Shown piece by piece: positions 29,909 through 39,394 of a stretch of 64,000 nucleotides of DNA. This stretch comes from Halobacteriovoraceae bacterium (GTDB lineage: Bacteria; Bdellovibrionota; Bacteriovoracia; Bacteriovoracales; Bacteriovoracaceae). The notes beneath the pieces were generated by a model. That model worked only from the letters and a program-made list of their open reading frames with translations, was not told the DNA's origin and made no database searches. Each line of letters starts with the position of its first letter. The stretch's first letter is position 1. The stretch spans positions 480,001-544,000 of the forward strand of contig CAVRCF010000001.1 of NCBI GenBank assembly GCA_963719505.1, in the 5' to 3' direction. The translations under genes were made by a program, and so were the position numbers.

Positions 29909-32718
29909 AGTATATCCTTATATTGTGTATATTTTCATTTGCAGCTTTGGCAAACTTTACTATCAGTGAAGTGAAAATTAGTTGTCCGAAGAAGAAACTG
30001 TGTCGTGATGCAAATGAGATCTTCTATACACTAAAAAGAGATTATGTTGATGAAGACCATTTTGAAAGACTAATAAAGGTCTATTCACTCACCAGCGGTG
30101 TAAAGAAATTTAGATATCAGGTTAACCAAGATAAGATAAACACTTTGATTATTAATTGGGAACCAAAACAAACTATCGATTCAATTGAGTACAAATTTGC
30201 TAAAGGCTATCTTACTATCCCAACGGTGCTGCCTTTGTCCGAAGGAGACTACTTTGATCTTAGCAAGGTTTCAAAGGTCAAAAAAACGCTCATTGAAATT
30301 TTTAAGTCAGAGGGATACCCAGATGCAAATGTTGAATACGAGTTTGGTACGAATAAAGATAAATCTATTAAGTTAACTTATAATATCACCCTTGGTGATC
30401 CTCTTCTGGTAAAAGTCGTGAGGGTTTCAGCCCGGCTAGACTTTGTAGCAAAAGCGGCTAGGCAGAAGTTTTCTACAATAAAGGGAAAGCCCTACGATGC
30501 TCAATTACTAAGAAAAGAGGTTGAATCATTTAAAGAGACTCTGATCGACTATGGAATGTATGGGGCAAAGATTCAATTTAAAACTGAAGTTGGGAAAGAG
30601 GGAGCCGACCTTTTTTTTACGATCACCGATACAAAAAGAATGGCTTTCTCTGTAGAGTTTAAAAATAGAGAGGACCAGTATGCACTCGATTTAAAAACAA
30701 AGTTGAAAGATGCCGCAATCGGTGCAAAGAAATCTTTATCAAAGGTTGCGATACTAGATCTCGTGGCAAAGGAATTGTCTGACAGGGGGCACTTAAACTC
30801 TGTTGTTCTTGTGGATCAATTCATTTCAGTTTTGCCTGATGGGGGAGAGCTTATTAGCTCTAGAATAACTATCACTCAAGGGCCAAAGGCTAGGCTAAAC
30901 AAGGTTCTTTTCAAGGGAAATGGAGTGATTTCTTCAAAAAAGCTTAAAAGAGCCTTTTACTCCAATGCAACATCACAGGTTTCCGATGGTGTCTTTGATG
31001 AAAATTACTACAGAAACTTTCTAACGGTTATTAAGGAACTTTATATTCAAAAAGGTTTTGTTAACGTGTTGTTGGAAACGCCCGAAATTATCTTTGATAA
31101 AAAGAGTAATCGAGTAGATCTTGTTTATCGGATAAGGGAGGGGGTTAGGGCCAGAGTTTCTGACATTAAAATTATCGGATTAAATGATGAATTAAAAGCT
31201 GATGTAAGAGATCTTCTAAAAATAAAAACTGGAGATGCTTTTGACCCAATTTCTCTAAAAGCAAAAGTTACTGCTATTAAAGGCTATCTTTACGAGCGAG
31301 GATATTTTTACTTTGAGTTTTATTCAGACAAAAGAAATACCTTGGTTAGCTACAACGAAGACAATACAAAAGTTAAACTAATGTTTAAGTTCTTTCAGGG
31401 TAAGAAATACTCTGTTGGAGATATTTTTATTTCTGGGAATTTTAAGACACGTTCTAAAGTCATTAAAAGAGAAATGAATCTTAAGACTGGAGAGCTTTTA
31501 AGGGCTTCAGATATTGCTAAAAGTCAGACTAATATTTTGTCGACTGGTTTATTTTCATCCGTTGTTATCACTCCAATAAAAAATTCTTCTGAAAATGCGG
31601 ATATCTTAGTCTCTGTTAAAGAAAAGGATTATGGTCTTGTTGAGTTTGCCCCTGGGGTAAGGACTGATCTAGGCCCTAAGGTCTCTGCAAAAGTAACCTA
31701 TTCAAATATAGATGGCTTGCATAAGCAAATTACAGTAAAAGCCCAGGTAAACCAGCGCTTCAATTTGAATAGTCTTGATGAGACAAGAAGAAAGGAGGAG
31801 GGGAACCTGGTTGAATATCTTACCGCCGTGAATTATCAAGAAAATTACTTTTTTGATTTACCTCTTAACTTCGACACCTCAATTTCTTCGTCAAGACAGA
31901 GGTTCTTCTCTTTTGATGCTGATATTCAAAAAGTTAGCTACACCTTCTCCTCGGATGTAACAAATTGGCTAAACTTGTCCCTGACTCAGGAACTAGAGGT
32001 GATAAGTCAGTACAATGCGACAGTAGAAAGAGAATCAGGAAAATTTCAAATTGGATCCTTAACACCTGCTTTTACGCTTGATTTTAGAAATAACCGCATC
32101 AATCCAACAAGTGGGGCTTTCTTCGCATTATCAACAGAGTTTGCGAACCCAACTTTCTTTTCTCAAGAAAATGATGAAATTGTTATCGATTATTATAAAG
32201 TGTTAGCGAGAAATAGATTTTACCTTCCCTATCCTAATGGAACATTGGCTCTGTCTTTAGCGACTGGAGTTCAGAAAAACTTAGCTACTGATAAAAAAAT
32301 AGAAAGTGACGGGAGTGTTGTTACTGAAGGTTATATCCCGAATATTAAAGTGTTTAGACTTGCTGGTATGGATAACGTCAGAGGATACGAGGACAATGAA
32401 ATTAATACTCTTGTTACCGGTGAAGATATAAGTGAGGCCAGGGTCGATGATAAAGCCTACATGATAAATCTTAAAGTAGAGCCTCGCTTTTTCCTCAGTG
32501 ACTCATCAATGATTGGATTTTTTTATGATGCGGGGCGCATTTTCGTGGATGAATACGACCTCTCTAGACTGCGATCGTCAGTGGGAATCTCCTTTAAATA
32601 TCTAACTCCAGTTGGAAGTTTGGACTTCGATTACGGTATAAAACTCTTGAGAAAGAAAGATTCTGATGGTAGATTAGAGAGCCCTGGTAGGCTACATGTG
32701 TCAATTGGCTTCTTTTAA
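29905..32718 (+). CDS. Omp85 family outer-membrane protein (BamA/TamA-like)
   Basis: POTRA repeats (GNFKTRSKVIKRE, TGLFSSV), VRGY loop-6 motif, YLTPVGSLDFDYG, C-terminal Phe. Confidence 0.88.
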   Translation: MKYILILCIFSFAALANFTISEVKISCPKKKLCRDANEIFYTLKRDYVDEDHFERLIKVYSLTSGVKKFRYQVNQDKINTLIINWEPKQTIDSIEYKFAKGYLTIPTVLPLSEGDYFDLSKVSKVKKTLIEIFKSEGYPDANVEYEFGTNKDKSIKLTYNITLGDPLLVKVVRVSARLDFVAKAARQKFSTIKGKPYDAQLLRKEVESFKETLIDYGMYGAKIQFKTEVGKEGADLFFTITDTKRMAFSVEFKNREDQYALDLKTKLKDAAIGAKKSLSKVAILDLVAKELSDRGHLNSVVLVDQFISVLPDGGELISSRITITQGPKARLNKVLFKGNGVISSKKLKRAFYSNATSQVSDGVFDENYYRNFLTVIKELYIQKGFVNVLLETPEIIFDKKSNRVDLVYRIREGVRARVSDIKIIGLNDELKADVRDLLKIKTGDAFDPISLKAKVTAIKGYLYERGYFYFEFYSDKRNTLVSYNEDNTKVKLMFKFFQGKKYSVGDIFISGNFKTRSKVIKREMNLKTGELLRASDIAKSQTNILSTGLFSSVVITPIKNSSENADILVSVKEKDYGLVEFAPGVRTDLGPKVSAKVTYSNIDGLHKQITVKAQVNQRFNLNSLDETRRKEEGNLVEYLTAVNYQENYFFDLPLNFDTSISSSRQRFFSFDADIQKVSYTFSSDVTNWLNLSLTQELEVISQYNATVERESGKFQIGSLTPAFTLDFRNNRINPTSGAFFALSTEFANPTFFSQENDEIVIDYYKVLARNRFYLPYPNGTLALSLATGVQKNLATDKKIESDGSVVTEGYIPNIKVFRLAGMDNVRGYEDNEINTLVTGEDISEARVDDKAYMINLKVEPRFFLSDSSMIGFFYDAGRIFVDEYDLSRLRSSVGISFKYLTPVGSLDFDYGIKLLRKKDSDGRLESPGRLHVSIGFF

Positions 32719-32786
32719 ACCCGTTAGAAGAAACCGGCTGGTCTTGATTATTTTGGAGTGGTGTCCAAATAGAGAGTTAGTTTGTG

Positions 32787-32818
32787 TTGACATCTTGTAA
32801 CGCTGGGCCGTATATAAT
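32787..32818 (+). promoter_or_regulatory. Possible sigma70 promoter for rplM-rpsI
   Basis: Perfect TTGACA and TATAAT hexamers, but the 20-nt spacer is longer than canonical. Confidence 0.45.
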
Positions 32819-32857
32819 GCGGAAATTTTATTTACTAATTATTTATAAGGATTACTT

Positions 32858-33301
32858 ATGTATACGCAAAAGTCATTTTCTCTGAAAGCAGGGGATATCG
32901 ATAAAAAGTGGTGGATAATTGATGCTCAAGATGTAGTTGTAGGGCGTTTAGCGTCTGAAGTTGCACACCTTTTAAGAGGAAAGCACAAGCCAACATTTAC
33001 ACCAAACCAAGAATGTGGTGACTTCGTTGTTATCACAAACTGTGAAAAAGTTAAGTTCACAGGAAACAAATGGGCCGCTAAAGAATATCATTGGCATACA
33101 GGTCATATTGGTGGATTAAAAACTAGAACGGCAAAAGTTCAGTTAGAAAAACATCCAGAGTTAATTATAATGGAAGCTGTTAAGGGTATGTTACCTAAAA
33201 CAAGTCTTGGTCGTAAGCAACTAACAAAACTAAAAGTATTTGTTGGTGATGCTCATAACCACGATGCACAGAAACCAGTTGAATTTAAGATTAAGGGATA
33301 G
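32858..33301 (+). CDS. rplM: 50S ribosomal protein L13
   Basis: GRLASEVAHLLRGKHKPTFTP, GDFVVI, VKGMLPK. Confidence 0.98.
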   Translation: MYTQKSFSLKAGDIDKKWWIIDAQDVVVGRLASEVAHLLRGKHKPTFTPNQECGDFVVITNCEKVKFTGNKWAAKEYHWHTGHIGGLKTRTAKVQLEKHPELIIMEAVKGMLPKTSLGRKQLTKLKVFVGDAHNHDAQKPVEFKIKG

Positions 33302-33304
33302 ATC

Positions 33305-33706
33305 ATGGCAAAGGGTAAAGCTTACGAAACACAAACGGTTGGTAGAAGAAAATCTTCGATCGCAAGAGTATACGTTGCAAAAGGTACTGGTAAAATCACA
33401 ATCAATAAAAGAGATTTTATGGAGTATTTTCCAATTGCAACAACAAGATATATTGTTGAGCAACCATTTAAACTTTTAGAAAATGGTGACAAGTTCGACC
33501 TAAACATCAATGTAAAAGGTGGTGGGGTTACTGGTCAAGCAGGTGCAATAAGATTAGGAATTGCAAGAGCAATGATAGCGCTTAATCCTTCGGATAGAGC
33601 TGCTTTAAAAGCTGCTGGGTTCTTAACTAGAGATGCAAGAAAAGTGGAAAGAAAGAAACCAGGTTTAGCTGGTGCAAGAAAATCATTCCAGTTCTCAAAA
33701 CGTTAA
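33305..33706 (+). CDS. rpsI: 30S ribosomal protein S9
   Basis: [41 protein letters not shown]. Confidence 0.98.
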   Translation: MAKGKAYETQTVGRRKSSIARVYVAKGTGKITINKRDFMEYFPIATTRYIVEQPFKLLENGDKFDLNINVKGGGVTGQAGAIRLGIARAMIALNPSDRAALKAAGFLTRDARKVERKKPGLAGARKSFQFSKR

Positions 33707-33737
33707 TATCACAGACAATGTCTATTATATTTTCAAG

Positions 33738-33765
33738 GGCCTGCACTATGCAGGCCTTTTTTTTT
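33738..33765 (+). terminator. Rho-independent terminator after rpsI
   Basis: GGCCTGCA-CTA-TGCAGGCC hairpin followed by T9. Confidence 0.9.
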
Positions 33766-33792
33766 GCCATAAGATGAGTTTAGAAGGTGTAA

Positions 33793-36378
33793 ATGGAAGT
33801 TATAAAGATTACTGGTGCGCGAGTTAATAATCTCAAAAATATTGATATCGAGATTCCATTAAATAAAATTGTAAGTATCTCTGGACCCAGCGGATCTGGA
33901 AAAACTTCTTTGGCTTTTCACACTCTTTTCACTGAATCTAAAAGAAGATTCCTCAACTCTTTTCCGACTTATCTAAAATTTTTTAGCGATAGACCAGCTC
34001 CCGTTGATGTGGACAGAATTGAGCCTGTTCTTCCAGTGTTTGGCCTACCGCAAATAAATCCAATCGTCGGAGCCAGAAGTGTCGTCTCTGACTTGATGAA
34101 CCTAACCGAACAACTACAAAACCTTTATGGAAACTATTCTATAGAAAAATGTCCTACTCACTTTGTCCCTCTTGAAAAGTACACGGTCGAAAAATTTATC
34201 AATGATAATTTTAGCTTTAGTGATAAATCAACCTTCTATTTATTTACCGATAAAGATAGCTTTATTACCTACTTACAGGATTCACCATTTCCAACTCGTA
34301 CGATGAAAAGTGAAGAAGAAAAAGAAATTGTAGATTTTGATAAGCATCATGAGTTCTGGGAGCTATTAAGACTGAAAGGAAAAAATGTATCCCAAGTAGA
34401 TGAAAAACTTAAGGAATATAAAAACAGCAGTATTCCAGTTTGGGTCTTTTTAAAAGATGATGAAAGTTTCAGACCGGTAGACTTAGATAAAAATAGTATT
34501 TGTCCAGAATGCGATTATGAGGGTGTAGGAAGTCATAATGTTACCCATTTTTCACCTTATAATGCACTGGGCGCGTGCTCGCAGTGCAATGGGTTCGGTG
34601 CAACTCTTGAGTATGATGAAGATAAAGTTTTAAATAAAGAGCTTTCAGTCAATGAGGGTGGGGTAAAACTTTTAACTTACAAAAGGTTTGGCTCGATAAT
34701 TCAAGATTTCAAAAAAGAGCTTAAAAGAGAAAAAATTCCCCTTGATAAACCTATAAAGGAACTCCCTGCAAAATTTAAAACCATGGCATTTGAAGGTGTT
34801 GGCCAATACTGTGGATTTAACGAGCTCTTTGCCTATTTGGAGACAAAAAAATATAAACCAAATGTACGAATTTTTATACGAGGAATTCAGGAAGAAATTG
34901 AATGCCCAAGTTGCCATGGATCAAGAGTTAATAGTGTTTCACACAATATGTATTTATTTGAAAATTCTAAACTAGCTTATATCGATATCTGGAAGGAGAA
35001 TGTTGAGAATCTGTTAAGTTACTTTTTAGAAAATAAAGAGAACCTTATTATTGAAAATAAGTCATCCGAAAAACTGGTAGCTAAAATAGTAAAAATTTTA
35101 GAGGTTGCTGAGGGTATTGGTCTTGGACACTTAGCCCTAACAAGAAAAGTAAAAACAGTTTCAGCTGGAGAATATCAAAGACTTCTTCTTTTAAAGTATC
35201 TCTCTTACGAGGGAACTGGAGCGATGTTCATCTTTGACGAGCCAAGCTTGGGCTTAGGTTTAGAGGAAAGTATGGTTCTTTTGTCGAGCTTTCAAAATCT
35301 TGTCGATCAAGGCAACTCCGTTTTAATCGTCGAGCACTCTGAGTTCTTTCATAAGTCTTCTGACTATCATATCGAAATGGGTCCGGGCTCAGGTAAGAAC
35401 GGTGGAGAGGTTCTCTATGCTGGAGTCTATAAAGAAAAAAAACACGACCCAATATCACTTAAGCCTTTAAAAGTGGTTGAAGAGAATAGAGTGTTCATAG
35501 AGGTTGAAAAACCTTTTATTCATAATATTGAGTTTCAAGATATTAAAATTCCACTTAATGAGGTCTCGCTTGTAAAGGGACGCTCGGGATCGGGAAAAAC
35601 AGCTGTTCTCGTTAATGTCTTGGCACAAGGTCTTTTAAAGCGTTGGGATCAATCAACCTTAAACACTTCAACTGGAACATACTCCAAATTAAATTTTCCA
35701 AAGTCTCTTCAAGATGTTTTGGTCGTAGACGCAAATATTAATAGATACTCTAGCCGATCAACAGTCGGGAGTATGACAGGCTTATTTGCAATCGTTAGGA
35801 AACACTTTCTAAAGACACCTTATGCAAAATCAATGGGACTAAAGGATGGTCACTTATCTTCAAATTCAGAGCTTGGACGTTGTCCAAACTGTGAGGGAAA
35901 GGGCGTAACAATTGTTGAAATGCAGTTTTTAGAGGATATTGTTTTAGAGTGTGAAGACTGTAAAGGACAGAAAATTAAACCTCTGTTTGCCGAGCTTAGT
36001 GATGGAAAAATGACTGTTGCAGAATCCTATAATCTCCCCATTGGTGAGGTTTTAAAATCCGTGGAACTCACTCCTAAATATAGAAGAATCTTAGAGTATA
36101 TGAGGATTCTAAAAATCGATTATTTGTCATTAGATAGACCAGTAAAATCATTATCTGGTGGTGAAAAACAGCGACTATATCTTTTATCAAAACTTCAAAC
36201 AAAGATAGAAAATACACTTATCATTATTGAAAATGTCTCCTTTGGACTTTCGAGAATAGAGCTTGTGGCAATGTGTGAATTTCTTCAAGGTTTAGTTGGA
36301 TCAAAAAACACAGTCGTTATCATTGATAAAAATGAAATTTTTGAAACAATCTCCTCTAATAAAATTTTATTTAGCTGA
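33793..36378 (+). CDS. Divergent UvrA-like ABC ATPase (UvrA paralogue)
   Basis: GARVNNLKNID, GPSGSGKTSLAF, several CxxC zinc fingers, FDEPSLGL, second Walker A GRSGSGKT, LSGGEKQR; the second Walker B and H-loop are degenerate. Confidence 0.85.
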   Translation: MEVIKITGARVNNLKNIDIEIPLNKIVSISGPSGSGKTSLAFHTLFTESKRRFLNSFPTYLKFFSDRPAPVDVDRIEPVLPVFGLPQINPIVGARSVVSDLMNLTEQLQNLYGNYSIEKCPTHFVPLEKYTVEKFINDNFSFSDKSTFYLFTDKDSFITYLQDSPFPTRTMKSEEEKEIVDFDKHHEFWELLRLKGKNVSQVDEKLKEYKNSSIPVWVFLKDDESFRPVDLDKNSICPECDYEGVGSHNVTHFSPYNALGACSQCNGFGATLEYDEDKVLNKELSVNEGGVKLLTYKRFGSIIQDFKKELKREKIPLDKPIKELPAKFKTMAFEGVGQYCGFNELFAYLETKKYKPNVRIFIRGIQEEIECPSCHGSRVNSVSHNMYLFENSKLAYIDIWKENVENLLSYFLENKENLIIENKSSEKLVAKIVKILEVAEGIGLGHLALTRKVKTVSAGEYQRLLLLKYLSYEGTGAMFIFDEPSLGLGLEESMVLLSSFQNLVDQGNSVLIVEHSEFFHKSSDYHIEMGPGSGKNGGEVLYAGVYKEKKHDPISLKPLKVVEENRVFIEVEKPFIHNIEFQDIKIPLNEVSLVKGRSGSGKTAVLVNVLAQGLLKRWDQSTLNTSTGTYSKLNFPKSLQDVLVVDANINRYSSRSTVGSMTGLFAIVRKHFLKTPYAKSMGLKDGHLSSNSELGRCPNCEGKGVTIVEMQFLEDIVLECEDCKGQKIKPLFAELSDGKMTVAESYNLPIGEVLKSVELTPKYRRILEYMRILKIDYLSLDRPVKSLSGGEKQRLYLLSKLQTKIENTLIIIENVSFGLSRIELVAMCEFLQGLVGSKNTVVIIDKNEIFETISSNKILFS

Positions 36379-36387
36379 TTTTTAGAC

Positions 36388-36415
36388 TCAAGTAATAGCT
36401 TGCTTAAGCCGATAA
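36388..36415 (+). promoter_or_regulatory. Putative sigma28 promoter
   Basis: TCAAGTAA-N12-GCCGATAA (perfect -10), 30 nt upstream of ATG 36446. Confidence 0.65.
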
Positions 36416-36445
36416 ATAACTGAATAGTTATGGTTTGGAGCTTTT

Positions 36446-37144
36446 ATGTCTAGGTATTTGATTTTATTGGTTTTATTGGCGTCTCAGGTAGATGCAACAA
36501 CCTTTGTTCCCCTCTCAATTAAAAAGCAAATTTCTGATTCTTCAGGTGTTTTGGAGGCAGAGGTTATAAATTCAGAGGCAGTTGAGCTAGAAGATGGTCA
36601 GATTTTTACAAAAGTATTTTTAAAAGCGAATAAATGGATTGGTGTCTCTCCCGATCATTATCATATTGATGTGTACCTACCCGGTGGAACAGTTGGTGAC
36701 AAATCGCTAAGAGTAGATGGTACACCAAAATTTACTATGGGTGAGCAAGTTGTTTTGATGATAAAGACTCACGAGGGGAAAAACTATTTGATGAACTTGG
36801 GGCTTGGAAAGTTTTCCATAAAGAAATTTGGAAACACTAGAATTCTTGTGAACTCTATTTTTCCTAAAGCGCCTAAGGTTGGTCAGATGCCTTTAGAGAC
36901 ATTCTACAAACTTGCTAAAAGAATTAAGGGACAAAGATTTCAAAACCGCTTTAAAGACAAGTACGAACTTCATGTTGAAAAAGAATCGAGAAAAGTTAAA
37001 ATTGCAAAGACTGGTCGCTCTATTGCGTCTGTTGAGTCAAAAATAACTCAAGAGGACTCTAAAGTTTCGACGATCTGGATTCTTCTTCTCTTTGGATTTT
37101 TCGGTGCGGTGTTTACGGTCATGAAGATGCAAAATAAAGAATGA
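36446..37144 (+). CDS. Exported protein, possible TIMP-like/OB-fold domain, with C-terminal TM anchor
   Basis: Signal peptide ending VDA|TTF; motif LPGGTVG...VDGTPKF..GEQVVLMI; C-terminal TM. Confidence 0.65.
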   Translation: MSRYLILLVLLASQVDATTFVPLSIKKQISDSSGVLEAEVINSEAVELEDGQIFTKVFLKANKWIGVSPDHYHIDVYLPGGTVGDKSLRVDGTPKFTMGEQVVLMIKTHEGKNYLMNLGLGKFSIKKFGNTRILVNSIFPKAPKVGQMPLETFYKLAKRIKGQRFQNRFKDKYELHVEKESRKVKIAKTGRSIASVESKITQEDSKVSTIWILLLFGFFGAVFTVMKMQNKE

Positions 37145-38862
37145 AACCGTGTATAATGCTTTCCATTTTAATCGCTCTAAGTGCCCATTCATTTGTGCCT
37201 TCAAAAACGATATATGACAGAGAGCTTAAGTGGACCAGTGACAATATCATTGTCGGATTCCTTCCAAATGCAGTGAACCAAAACTCATCAGATCTTCCAA
37301 TGGGAGAGGTTAAACAAATTTTAGCAAACACTTTTAATGATTGGTCTGCAAAAGCTAATAAAAGTGTCTTTGTAGCCCAGGTGGCATCGCCTTCTCAATT
37401 TTCATCGTCTAACACTGTTAAATTTTCAAATAATCCAATTTACTTTAGTGCTGGAGTTCTAGCGGTGACGAGTGTCAGTCATTCAGCAGCAAGTGGAGAA
37501 ATATTAAGTGCTGACATCATGATTAATGACACTCTTGCAAACAGTAATAGATTTTCTACAAATGCGAGCTCTAGCAGTAAAGTATTTATCGGAGATATTA
37601 TCTCACATGAAATAGGGCACTTTTTTGGTTTAGGGCACTCCGACGTTACAGGTTCTACGATGATGTTTAGCGTTTTTAAGGAACAAGCGTCTCTTCATCC
37701 CGAAGATGAAAGTGGTGTGAGAAGTCTATATAATAATGTTTCTGAAAATGGTGAAATCAGTGGTCGAATTGTTGGGGGAAATCACGTTCCTGTTTTTGGT
37801 GCACATGTGGAAGCCATTTCATTGTCTCAAGGAGACGTGCATTCAGCAGTCTTAGCCGCAGAGGACGGATCGTTTAAATTAAGAAACCTAAATGATAGTG
37901 ACAGTTATATTATACAGGTGAGTCCTCCTAAAGATGTTTCAAACTATCCAGACTATTACCAATCTATTCAGAAAAACTTTTGTAATGGCAGCTCTTATGT
38001 TTCAAGCCTTTTTACTAAATGTGGTGGAAGAAATAAAGGACGCCCTCAAGCGATTAATTTAAACAGGCAATCAGTTGTTGATGTGGGAGATATTACTATC
38101 CGTTGTACTGACTCTCTAGATACAGACTATCTCTATACAAAGTTATTAAATCCAAGAACGAACTATCTATTGGCAGAAGAGCCAGAAACTTTTGTTGGAT
38201 ATTTTTCCCGAGAAGAAATAGAAAATTTCACACAAAATAAAAGCGACTCTTTCGAAATTGATCTCTCTCATTTAAGTCCAAATGGACAGAGTGTTGAGAT
38301 TAGGATCTTATTAAATGAGACCTCTTCAAACTTTTCGGCGATTGCAAAACTCACAAATTCGACTTCTACTGATACGACTTTCCCAAGCTACACAGCCTCG
38401 GGAAAGCTTGATAATAAACTCCATTTCATCAAAGCACTTTCTTCAAATACTTTTGAAAATAAATTTACTCTCGATATAAATCCTTTTGAGACAAACTCTT
38501 TGGATGCAAAAGGTATTTTTGGAAATTCAAGTGTCATGTCTAAAGAAACTTCAACTTACATTGTAACCGTGAGCCTTGTTGGATCAAATGGGTCGGGTAC
38601 TAAAGTCTTAAAGGACTCCTATCCATACAGCGATAATTCTAGCTGCTTAGAGTCAAATATTCAAAAATCAACTCGTGCAAATACTCCTTTTGAAGTTGCA
38701 ACAAGCGAAAGAGATGAACAGGCCCAGCCAATGACTTGCGGGACTATTGATATTGACAAAAATGGTGGCTCTGGTGGTGGAATGTTAAGTTTTGCTCTTG
38801 GTCTCCTGATGTCTTTTGGACTAGTTGCGCTACAAAGAAAAAAAACAGAAATTTTTGTCTAA
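37141..38862 (+). CDS. Matrixin/metzincin zinc metalloprotease with C-terminal membrane anchor
   Basis: HEIGHFFGLGHS zinc motif, STMM Met-turn, GVLAVT strand, carboxypeptidase-regulatory-like domain (ISGRIV..FGAHV), C-terminal Cys/Gly-TM-RKK tail. Confidence 0.88.
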   Translation: MKPCIMLSILIALSAHSFVPSKTIYDRELKWTSDNIIVGFLPNAVNQNSSDLPMGEVKQILANTFNDWSAKANKSVFVAQVASPSQFSSSNTVKFSNNPIYFSAGVLAVTSVSHSAASGEILSADIMINDTLANSNRFSTNASSSSKVFIGDIISHEIGHFFGLGHSDVTGSTMMFSVFKEQASLHPEDESGVRSLYNNVSENGEISGRIVGGNHVPVFGAHVEAISLSQGDVHSAVLAAEDGSFKLRNLNDSDSYIIQVSPPKDVSNYPDYYQSIQKNFCNGSSYVSSLFTKCGGRNKGRPQAINLNRQSVVDVGDITIRCTDSLDTDYLYTKLLNPRTNYLLAEEPETFVGYFSREEIENFTQNKSDSFEIDLSHLSPNGQSVEIRILLNETSSNFSAIAKLTNSTSTDTTFPSYTASGKLDNKLHFIKALSSNTFENKFTLDINPFETNSLDAKGIFGNSSVMSKETSTYIVTVSLVGSNGSGTKVLKDSYPYSDNSSCLESNIQKSTRANTPFEVATSERDEQAQPMTCGTIDIDKNGGSGGGMLSFALGLLMSFGLVALQRKKTEIFV

Positions 38863-38912
38863 GTCCTTATTTTTCTATAAAATTATCAAGTAAATTGAAA
38901 TCAGGGACAGAT

Positions 38913-39383
38913 ATGAAATCATTACTTTTTATTGCTATGTTTGCCTTTTCTATTAATTCATTTGGGCAAAACTTAAACGCACAAAGAATTTGGAAAATCT
39001 CTTCTAAAAAAAGATCAATCTTTTTAGATAAAGGCGTTTTTCATATCGATGATATGAAAGGACAGAACGAACTTGTTGGTCTCAGAAACTCTTATGTTAA
39101 ATCTAGAGGCTATGAAAGATTGGTTTTCGACTTCAAAGGAAATACGCCACCAAGAGTTTATGGTCACTTATCTAAAGAGAAAAATAAGGTGTACATCGAC
39201 TTTTTTAACACGACCTTAAAAAGTTCTATTCCCGCCATATCACAAGTAAAGTTTGTAAAAAGCGTAGATTTTTTTACGATAGACAAAAATAATTTAAGTG
39301 TTGAATTAAACCTATCAAACAATGTAAGTTACGATATTTTTTATCTTACAAACCCAGGGCGCCTGGTAATCGATATTCAATAA
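38913..39383 (+). CDS. Secreted AMIN-like domain protein
   Basis: Signal peptide, YERLVFDF, terminal FYLTNPGRLVIDI (AMIN-type strand). Confidence 0.65.
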   Translation: MKSLLFIAMFAFSINSFGQNLNAQRIWKISSKKRSIFLDKGVFHIDDMKGQNELVGLRNSYVKSRGYERLVFDFKGNTPPRVYGHLSKEKNKVYIDFFNTTLKSSIPAISQVKFVKSVDFFTIDKNNLSVELNLSNNVSYDIFYLTNPGRLVIDIQ

Positions 39384-39394
39384 TAAGGAATACA

